From: Magallana gigas
Taxonomy: Eukaryota
DNA: 64,000 nucleotides
Reading direction: 5' to 3'
NCBI RefSeq assembly: GCF_963853765.1
Contig: NC_088858.1
Span: 40,424,001-40,488,000, forward strand
The translations under genes and the position numbers were made by a program. Of this stretch, positions 38,560 to 49,725 are shown piece after piece; positions within the stretch are counted from its first letter, which is position 1; each line of letters begins with the position of its first letter. Below the pieces are notes generated by a model, which worked only from the letters and a program-made list of their open reading frames with translations, was not told the DNA's origin and searched no databases.

Positions 38560-38648
38560 AAGTCTCGTTCAACCAAACGCTCGGCTGACACCGTAAATCT
38601 CCGAAAAAGATTTACGGAGACAGCCGAGCGTCGACTTGAACGAGACTA
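38560..38648. mobile_element. Palindromic MITE (AGTCTCGTTCAA termini) with 10-bp TSD
   Basis: agtctcgttcaa...acgctcggctg / cagccgagcgt...ttgaacgagact; TATTGAACTC at 38550-38559 and 38649-38658. Confidence 0.85.
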
Positions 38649-40118
38649 TATTGAACTCTGGCGTAGGAATACACATACGACTACAAAAAATATTTAATTT
38701 GTTCGTACCATTTAAAATGTGACTATTTTCAAGGTATTTATAAATAGGTTTCCTTGAAAAACAATGCTTTAGCATACATTACATCGAATTTATCAATTAT
38801 TTTCAAGAACTAAGTCTTGTCAGCAGCAATGATTTGTGCTGAAGTCCAAACACTGTTTCACTTTCGGTTTGTCTGAGTAACTGCATAGGAGAGTTGATTA
38901 AAATCAACTCCCCCAAATTACTACTGGTCAAAGCTTTCTTGCTTCAAGCTTGTTCAGTTGCTGAGTTGAAGAAATAAGAATTAAACAAACTATGTATTTT
39001 TCTTAAGAAAGCCAGAGTATAGAAATAATTTGTTTTAATTAATATGTATATTATCGTCCTAATGTGATAATTTAAGTATTATAAAATACATATATGTACA
39101 TTTTTCTTTTCTATTTTTTTTAATGTAATTATTACATTGTACATTTGTGTTAATATCTCATAATGGCAAATGTGTCTATGTACTGCCAAAAAATTTGTTC
39201 ACATATGCATTGATGATGCATTTACATGTATTTATACAATGCCTATAAACCATGTGGTTTTGAGCTAATAAACTATACTATACAGTGTAACAGACAACTA
39301 AACCACTGCAAAAATAAACCACTGCAAAAAAAAAAAAACACCTGTGCAAAATGTCCACCTATGATTTACATGTACTTTTCATCATCTCGCCCTTTGATAT
39401 TGTTATCTGTTGTTGGCCATGAGAGGTTAGACAACAGACAAAGTCAACTGATAAAAGCGTGCACTGACTGAAAAGAAGAAGTCATGCAGCAAGGAATTTT
39501 TTTCTCCTTTCTCAACATTTTTCACTTAGAGCAGAAAAGTGGCCCCCCACTTTTTCTCGCAGCAACAAATTTTCTAAAATTTACATATTAAGAATTGAAT
39601 TATCCTTGAGTTGCATCCCCCCCCCCCCCCCCACTTTTTGAGGAGAATGTAAAAAATTGAAATGGAAATGAGGAAATGAAGAGTGAAATTGGAAGTCACA
39701 GATATACACCCCCCCCCCCCCCAACCGAAGTTTCTTTGGTGATTCTTGGGGGATATAAAGGAGGCGACATTGCAGAAAAATACATAACCGGGGTAATGTA
39801 ATTTTTCTGCGATGATCGTTATACCTTTATAACAAATAATTCACACATAATAGTGCTATATTAATTAATCTCCCAATTTTATTATTATTTTTTCATCAAT
39901 AAATGTAACAAGGTTTTCTTTTATTAAAATAAAATCACAATCTCACAACAGTTATTGAGTTTGAGTTAGCCTACTGAACACTAAAACTAAATAATAACAA
40001 GTCAAAAACTGGTTTGTTGCTCGAAGAATTAAAAAGAATATTATAAGAGCTAATTTGAGTATTAATTATACATAGAATCTCCATCAAAGTCATATATTGA
40101 TAACTGTACAAAGCCATT

Positions 40119-43100
40119 TCATGAAAATGACCATTCAACCTCAGAACCCTCAGTATTTAGTGAGCTAGCAAACTGTGGAGAATATGATCGACGTAACCCT
40201 GCAAAATTATAATTGCTGTTCAAAGAATCACTGTTGATGACTACACCGGAGGACGCCTCAATGGACTGGTAGCTGTCTGTAGAACAGACCAATAGTCCTC
40301 GCTCCTCCTCCAACGAGGACTCAGTCCTATTGTTCTCCTCTGGCATCTCAACAGAGCTGAGAAGATAAAGATATAAACTGGATTGTCATTTAAAATATGA
40401 AAATTAAGTGTGTATCAGATAAATAATTACACAGATAATGATACACTAAACTAATCATTACACCTGTTATACCTGTATAAAACAATACAGAGAATATTCT
40501 ATTCATTTATAACTACATGGAATAGCAATGGAGTTTGAACATGCAGAGCTACACAAAAGTATTCCAATTTTTGTATATTGTATTCACTTATATTGGTACT
40601 CACTTTTTGTTATAGCAGTAAATTGCAGGCAGCATTATACAAATAGACGCCATGCTAAGCCATGTGGAGAGATGGACATCAGGGTTCCAGTGGAAAGGCT
40701 TCTCATTAAACAATGTCCAAAACAGCACAACCAACGGGGTTTGGAGGCTCTGAAAGAGTTACTGCCCTTTAATTGTGTTCTAACACTCTCTTATTGCTAC
40801 TAAATATTCAAAATGAACAATAAAATGATGGACATAATTAAATATATAGAGAGATTTGAAATACTTTCAGTAGATTTAAATTCACTGTATGACCTGATAA
40901 TAAAACTTAAATTATTTAAGAGTAGATCCTCCATTAATTATGATATTATTAGTTGAAAATCCGTTGCAATTAATGTCATTTTAATGTTTACATGCTGTAC
41001 AGTAGTATCTATTAATTGTCAGATTTCAGATGATGACATACATATATCAGTGAAATACATATTACCAGGAATGTCTTTGCTATTTACCATGATGATAATG
41101 AGGTAATTTGCTCCTTCGGAAAAGTGCAAGAACAGCACAACAAACAAGCGAGTCAGTAACATGGCTAGAATGGTTATTCCTGAGTATAAATGAGTCAGGT
41201 CTGGACAGTCCGTAGCACCAAGGAAGCACTCAAAATTAAATCGAAGCCTACAAGAAAATAGAAAGGAACCATGCAGAACTGGAGCACATGTGGTACAGGC
41301 AAAAAAAGTATAGAAAAGTTGAATGCAATTCAAAGAAAAACATATTGAACTTCTGGGTATAGAGAAGCCTAACAGTACTATGATCTGACTGGACAAATTA
41401 ATAGGGTCCATCAAAATATTACATTGAAACTTTTCTGGAGCTAACGCCTATTAAAAGCTTCTATGTAGTTCACTCACAGGGGCATCTTATTCGCTCTGCT
41501 CTCTATGACATATACAATACATACCTATTATTTAGATATATTTCAATGAGAGCAGAGCAAATAAGATGCCTCTGTGGATCCCTATAATGAAAATTCCACA
41601 ATGAGATTTTTTAAAATAGATTTTTGGCACTGAAAAAAAAAATCACATACCAGTGCATTTAGTTGCCAGTATTGCAATGATAAAGACAATAAATGTACAT
41701 TGATGAAACCTGGGTTTTCCTCTCTGACACTGACCCAATCTGAATTAGGTACTGTTTGAATTCTATGATATATATATATTATATCTTTAACAATTAACAC
41801 TCTAATAAAAATTTCTGGACAAAAGTCCCAGCTTTTACCGGTAATGAATCTATAACAATACAACTTGATCAATCTGTGTAGAAATTTTACCAAACTGGAG
41901 AGAACTTACAGCTATAAATAATGCAAATATCAATATAAATATACGAACCCTTTCCAAAATGACTTGATGGAGTCTGCATCACCAAACCCAGGAATAAGAT
42001 CAGTCCAAAAGAGCAATATCAACGAAATGAGACAGAAGAAATAGGACCAGAACATCATGTGTATTGTTTCAAGAACAGCATGGTCTTTTGATGCAGTGGA
42101 AGATTTGGAAGACTTCTCAAATACAACATTGACAATGGCTTGTGGAACCTGAAAAAAGCAATAAAAAAACATAAAATAAAACTCATACTTTCTTATATAA
42201 TATATATATACCTTCCATTTATTTTTGCATGTAAAGTGTGTGGAAACTGCAGTTATAATTAACACTGTAACACACACACATACACAGGGAGGGTACTGAA
42301 AAGTTAAAATGTCACAATTTATTATGAGGTCACAAACATTGAATGCTGTAAAAGGAAACATCACAAACCAAGACCCATATTTTAATTAGTTCACATTTGT
42401 GGCTGCTACAGAGGCTCATCCCTTTCTATGAACTTACCCTTAGAATAAAATAGGATTTCAAGGCATAAATCACATTGCAAAAGGCATGAAGTTAAAAAAA
42501 TGTAAATATAAGAATTGAATCATTGTTAGTCTGATAACTGCAGCGGTGTGTGCATAGAAATTTTCATAATGCACTAATGCAGGTTACTCAATTTGCATGC
42601 AAATACTGCTGCAGTTATGAGACTATATCTTTCAAAAAATAATGATTCAATGATTAAGAAGTAGCAGGAGAAATACAAGTCTCCAGTGTGGCTCTTGAAC
42701 TTATAATATTATGTCATCCTGTCTAACATGACCAGCATGAACCTAATATTAAATCTGATCATAATAGGATTATACTGAATTGAAATGTTATTCACAGATG
42801 TGCAACTAAGAGCAAAATGTCATGCAACATTGATTAAATTCAGTACAATAGAGAAGTTTACTTCTGAAGGTCAGAAGAGATTAAACAAATTAGAGAGAGT
42901 CTGACTCCATGCTTAAAAAGATTGCTGATTAAAATTCTATATGTAAACATACCTGTTCTTTATTTTCAGCTCTCTGATAGTATAAAATTTCCAAACATGT
43001 AATTGTTATGACTTTTTTATGAACTTCATTATATCTAGTACATTTCTACTTCTGCTTATTATAAAATCATAAATTATAAAAGGACTTATATATTTTTAAT

Positions 43101-45009
43101 ATCAAATTAAATGTATTTATCATGGGTTCTGAGCATTATTTGTACATGTGGGAAAGTAGGCGGGTTTGTTTTGGTACGGGTGATTGGTTTTTACAATGAT
43201 TGGCTATTTATATAGTAACTAGTACGCATGAGTGGATATGTTATATAAGGGCGTGTATTTGGTAAATGAGCCATTCGAAGGCTCAGATTCTTAACTTAGT
43301 TCACGTATTAGAGATATTCCCACCCACCCAACCCTTGTTATAATATGTTATTTGTAATAATCGATTTGCTATCAGTATTAAAGTTATAATTTATCTTTTG
43401 TAGTTTGATGATTGTACATATGGATGGAGTTAAACGAGAGATTGATTGATCGAGTTGATTTACTGTGATTGGATTTGATAAGAAACAGAAAAAGAGAATT
43501 TATGTAATGTGGTTGAATAAAATCTGAGTGCTTCGCCTCCTATCCTATAATAATGTGTTGTTTTATATGGTAAATGATTTATGTTCGTTTGAGTGTAACG
43601 AACTAAGAACATAAAGTACAATAAAATCTGTATCCTTTTTCAACTTAAGTAACTAGTAAATGTGGATTCTGGCACCAGAGAAGGAAGATAATAGAACACA
43701 TCCCCCATTTACCTGGTACTTTCCTAAACACCTCCCCTTGAAAATTTGTATGCATAGACCATTAGTGTTTGTAGATTTGAAAACACATGAACATTGTCGC
43801 TAATACATTAATTAAGAGCAATTCAAAATTGTTAAACCCTTGATTTTCAGTATGATGTATTATCTAACTCTTGCATCGATCAAAACAAGTTAAAAATGAC
43901 ACTGATCTTTAAAAAAAATTAAGCCCAAATTATGTAGCCCATGGTACAGAACAGAATTGCATGGACATATTTTGTTGATTTCAATAAAAAATGACTAAAA
44001 AAAATAAAATAGGCAAGCCTTCATCAAATTTCTATTTGACACAACTACCCTAAGTAAAATGGCTCTTACAATAATTAACTTACAAATCCAAAAAAATAGC
44101 AGAGAGTCCACAGAATCCCTGGTAGGCCAGGTGCTCCACCATCTTCTTTTCTTGCAGATTTATTCTCCAGCTTAGGAAATATGCTTGGTATGAGAGCAAT
44201 CAGTTCAGCACAAAACACCAAAACTGCAGATGTTGCTTTTCTAACAGATGTTTTTTTACGAAGAATTATAAATCTATAAAACAAAGAAGTAATGGGTTAT
44301 TTTACATGAAATAATTAATAATATTAATGCATATTAAAAAGAATAGTTTTATAATCAGAGTAAAGTGATACAAAATATATGGATCCTCAAAGCCTTAAAT
44401 TCCAATTAAGTTTAATGAACTAATTACCACATGTTGGCTCGAACTTACAACCTTTATGAGTTTATTTACCCACTGAGTTGAAGGGATAACCCATCACTAG
44501 CTGCTGCTAGTGCTAGAAGGAGCATTGCAGCACATACACACAGTTACATAAGAAATTTAACAACGTAATTCACTTGCACATATATTCAGAATATGATGAG
44601 CCTACCTTGTGAGAAATGTCACTGGTATAGCAAAATTAGTGGCTAGAGCTTGAAGATATGGAGGAGTGCGTGACCCGTTGGCTGAATATACCAGGAATAC
44701 AGTTGACACAGCATCAGCAAATCCTACCCATAGCATATCCCGCTTGTGAGAATTCAGTACTACTTGGCCGCTTTTGAAAAGTTTCCCTAAAAGTGAAATA
44801 GATACCAATATCACCGATAAAAGCAGTAGATTTATAACACTGACGATGAAGATGACAGCGTAATTGTCGATTGCAATTGTTGAAGAATTTCCAGTCGTGT
44901 TGGCAGGTATCACAGAACTGCTCATCGAGTCTAGCCATAATGGTGTAAATATTGTTGAAGTAGAAAGTCCGATCACAATTCCAATTGCAAGAACTAGAAA
45001 TTTTAGCAT
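40119..45009 (-). CDS. CRT-like (chloroquine resistance transporter/CLT family, DMT superfamily) multipass transporter, about 445 aa, 6 coding exons
   Basis: Exons 45009-44606, 44273-44084, 42148-41949, 41247-41088, 40749-40604, 40356-40119, in phase. Family-like motifs YSANGSRTPPYLQAL..NFAIPVTFLTRFIIL, FWTDLIPGFG, FECF, EGANYLII.MSLQTPL..LFWTLF; many hydrophobic helices. The 5' end is uncertain. Confidence 0.8.
41475..41576. mobile_element. Fold-back MITE with CACAG termini
   Basis: cacaggggcatcttattcgctctgctctc / gagagcagagcaaataagatgcctctgtg; no TSD visible. Confidence 0.7.
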
Positions 45010-45093
45010 TATCTAAAGGAAAACACAATTATTAACAGGGACACAGGGCAGTGTTCTTTCTGTATCATGTCTTGCACTTCTGCCATCTTGAAA

Positions 45094-45307
45094 TCATGTG
45101 ACCATAAATGATCACGTGATTTACTTTCGCTTTTGCGCTCTTGCTGTCAAAATGTCCAAATTCTAGTTATTTGAACTTGACACACGTATACTTCATAACA
45201 AAACTGAGCTGAATACAGCTGAGCTTGTTCTACTTTATTATCAACTCAAACCAAATGTGCATTCGAACAGAACTGGAAGATCCAGTGGTCAAGCATTGTC
45301 ACGTGAC
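45094..45307. promoter_or_regulatory. Bidirectional promoter region with CLEAR/M-box E-boxes
   Basis: TCATGTGA 45094-45101, ATCACGTGAT 45111-45120 and perfect GTCACGTGAC 45298-45307, in the 345 bp between divergent start codons. Confidence 0.6.
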
Positions 45308-45354
45308 ATAGTTATCTCGACCCTTTGCTGTGCTGTGAGGTGAGGGTTTGAAAT

Positions 45355-48300
45355 ATGGCCAGCTCAATGCATTGCAAATCCATCATCGGGAGATGCACTG
45401 TAGGACTGCGTCGTGTAAATGATTTGAAGGTGGCAGCATGCACGTCTTGGATGCAACATCGTCCACTGTCAACTAAGTTCCCAGAATTTAAGAATAATCC
45501 ACAACTTCAGAGCCATGACCAAATTTATAAGTTCAGTTTGGAGAACCCTGATCAGTTTTGGAGCACCCTTGCACGATCACGTTTGCAGTGGTCAAAAGAT
45601 TTTGACACTGTTAAGGACTGTGACATTATCAAAGGACACATTAAGTGGTTCCTTGGAGGCCAGTTGAATGCATCAGGTAATTTTTGATTAACAGGTTGGG
45701 ACCAATATCCGAAACGGGATAGAATATCTTAAACAGGTTATGACCCAAGGCTATGGTGGCTTAATTTTTAACTGTCTTGTATATACTTGGGTTCCAGTGA
45801 ACAATCCAGATCCCTCTCATTGAAAGCATATTTTGGAAATTCTCAAAATATACCGCCAAATTTTATGTAGGCCCTAGCCTGTGGCTATATGGGATATCTT
45901 ATAAATATAGCTCATTTGAGTCATGATAACCTGTTAGGGATATTTTATCTCATTTGGAAGATTGGTCCCTACATGATTAATATATTAAATTTAATGTGGG
46001 TCTTAAACGTAACATACATTTGGTGTACTGTTTTTTTTTACCCTGGAAGTCTTACTTGAAGTTTTGCTTTTCTACCATTTTATGAGGAAGAGGGAGATAA
46101 AGATCATTGTCATTACTGTAGATTCCTTATTTTATGTGAATACTTAATTCTGCGAGTCAGCCGTTTTCTATCAAATCGTGAGTAGATAAAATCGCGAATG
46201 CCGAATTTTTATCATAGTTTCATGAAGTTTACATATACCGTATGTCCAAAAAATAAAAGTGATAATTCTAAATTCGCGAGATGCGCTTCTCGTGATTTTA
46301 CGCGGATATTAATTCGTCGCGTTTAAATAGGAATCTATAGTATGTTTTACGTATTGTTAAAGTTGTGAAATAAAGGGAAACATAGTATAGTTATTAATTG
46401 AACTGATCACTGTATTCTTGCTGTGCAGAATTTTCTTCCTATCAAAAATTTGTATCCTGCACACATGAAAATTATTGTTTAAATAATAAACATAATTCAA
46501 AAATTATTAAAATGCATGCTTGATATATAGTTATACCAGGCCCTTGCCCTGTGTGACATTGACACTGTTTCAAATGAAAAAAACAGCCCTGGAAGAAGTC
46601 AGACAAGTGTCATTGTGTTCAATGTATTCATATCTATTAACCATTAATACTTGACAGTTAACCATGAGTAGACCCGCCTTCATCAAATCAGAGTTTGTCA
46701 TGTATTGCCCAAAGTCCAAGCTCTTGTTAAAATTGCTCCAAGTGGATGAACTTTGTCGCGGCTAACCTTTCACCTATATTTCTTACAGCTGAAGTGTTTC
46801 CAGATCAGCAGTCTGATACATGTATTAACCATACTATGAAAATGAATTTTCTTCTAAATGGAGTAGAAAAGAAAAGTCAGATTTGTTTCCATTAAAGTAG
46901 GCAAAAAAATCTCATTCTGCGAATGAGAATGCTAGTAAAGATTTAAAACAAATTTACTTCCTGGTGTTATCTTAGAGATATTGGACTTTGCTGCAACCTG
47001 TATAGATGTTTCGCTGCAAAGCAAACTTTTTCCCACTTTAATCCTATTGGGTCACGACACAACTAAAGAATGCAAGTGCAAATGATTCTTGTCTATGAAG
47101 TCAATTGACATTTAAACTAATTTATTACTTTTATTTGAAGTGAACTGTGTTGACCGACATCTTGATACACTTGGGGATTCCACCGCCCTGATTTGGGAGA
47201 AAGATGAACCAGGAACCGAGGAACATGTTTCATACAGGTTACATACACAAGTGTGCTATTGGAGGGCTTATAGGAAATTTTATCGGCTATATATTTCAAA
47301 TAAAACATGAACATAAACCTTTATGTTTAATTTTAAGAAATGAAATAATTAATAAATCCACAAATTATTAATAATTATGAATATCATTTCATTTAAAATA
47401 TTTCAGAGAGAGGGGTGCCTGTAAAGTGCGAAACGAAATCGCAATGAAAGGGAATCACACGAAACAAAACGAAACCAAACCAAAAATCGAAACGAAACAG
47501 AATTTAAACAAAACTAATATCAATTTTGACTACATAAAAGTGAAAATAAATTCATTGAAATATATTTTGGTTTCGTTTCGTTTCGATTTCGTTTTGCACT
47601 TTACAGGCGCCCCAGAGAGAGAGAGAGAGGAGAGAGAGAAGGGGGGAAGAGACAGAGAGAGAGAGCTCCAATTTGATTACCATTAATGTGTAAAATGTAC
47701 ATTTTATGTAACATAATATTGATAATTCCTTTATGATTATTTGCTGTGATTTTAACTTGATGACTAAAAATTTAAAATTTATAATGAATATTTTGTTAAT
47801 ATGTCAGAAAATTTTGATATGCAACTCATATGCCTTCATGTTATTCATTAATAAGGAGCCATTCAAATTTTGGCCATACGTAATTGATGGTTTTGAGATA
47901 ACTATAAACATATATTATTTTTCTACCATTACAGACAGCTGTCACAGATGGTTAACAGAATCTCCAACATGCTGAAGAAGCATGGCGTAAAGAAAGGTGA
48001 CCGGGTGGCCATCTACCTCCCCACCTCCCCAGTGGCGATCGCCTCCATGTTGGCTTGTGCCAGGATTGGTGCCGTTCACAGTGTCGTATTCGCTGGGTTT
48101 AGTGCAGAGGCTCTGGCAGGGAGGATAGAAGATGGTAGATATTTTTAACCATATATTTTAGGGTTCCCTCTCATTATAAAGCTTACTGTAAATCTGGATT
48201 TTTCTGGGGTGCTATATTTTTTTTAAAATTTTGCTGTATCATCTCAGGCACAAAAAAAAAATCTGTCACAAGAAATATGAATATTATATTATCCTTTTTA

Positions 48301-49682
48301 TCCACTCATTTCATAATTTGCCCCCCCCCCCCCCCCCAAATGAAACTTAATAAAATCACAAAAACTGTAGAGAAAAAATAATTACTTATATATACCCGGT
48401 ACAGTGTATTACCTGTCCATATTTCTTTGTATGGCTTATTTCTCATTTTGAAACATAAACAAGGATTTAGAACCTCTTTGATACAATAATGGTACATGTA
48501 TATTTAGATATCAGATAGCATACAAGAGTCTCTCACAGGATCAACTTCATTTATGGCCCAGCAAAAATTTATCCAATTATTACATATGGTAATGTACATG
48601 TATTTTCTTTTGATATTTAAGCAAAAGCAGAAACAGTCATAACAGCTGACGAGGGTGTGAGGGGTGGTCGCAAGATTCCCCTGAAGAAGGTTGTAGATGA
48701 ATCGGTATCCAAATGCCCCTCAGTGAAGAGAGTCTTTGTCTACCGAAGAACAGGGATGGGAACCCTAGGGAAAAACGACTTCTCACTGGATGATGTAATT
48801 ATCCTGATGTTACTAATTATACTTTTTTGTGTTTTGCTTTGATAAATACATGTAACTTTGATATTAAGGTGGAATAACACACCTGGAAAAAGTCACTCGA
48901 ATTAACAGTAAATTGTTTGAATATGAAAGATATTATGATAAATAAACTGTACATATGTCAAATAAGCGAAAAATTTGCAGTTGGGGATAAAAAATGAATA
49001 TCTAAAAAATTCAATTCAGTAAGTAACAGCAAAAGCCCCCAATGGATTTGAACGGATCACAAGTCCAACACTTTAACCACCTGGCTATGAAGGAAGGTAC
49101 ATAATGCCGTCAATAAAATCCTTTTAATACAACGAAATGTTGTTTCGATCAGAGGTCAGCCATTTTGTGACGATGTATTATTCCACCTTAAACCAATAAT
49201 GAATAAAAAGGAAATAAATATAACTGTAGTTACCTAGGATATTCATGATATGTGATGTTATATGATTTTGATTAAAGACAAACAAATGTACAAATGATTT
49301 ACAGTGTATCTACATATACAGTGTATGTGTGTAATTTCCAAAGGAAATGGCAAAAGAGTCCGATGTCTGTGATCCGGAGTTGATGGAAAGTGAAGACTTT
49401 TTGTTCATGCTGTACACCTCGGGCTCTACAGGAAAACCTAAAGGAATTGCCCACTCCACTGCGGGCTATCTGCTGTATGCTATGATGACCCAGAAGGTGA
49501 GTCAAATACCAGGTATTTGGAGTTTGTTTGCATGTCCATTGTCAATGCGCTGTGATCAAGGTTATGTTGCTTATTTTCAGATACAGTTGAGGAATTAACC
49601 TTTTTTTTATTGAACAAGAATTTGAAAAGCTATGCAATGATGAACAACTTTTTACTAATCATCCCTGTCTGTGTGTGTGTGT

Positions 49683-49725
<43 letters not shown>

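Noticed and set aside
43140-43560. Possible solo LTR (TATA-like and AATAAA signals, shifted composition) in the CRT-like intron
   Set aside because: I could not define TG...CA ends or a TSD.
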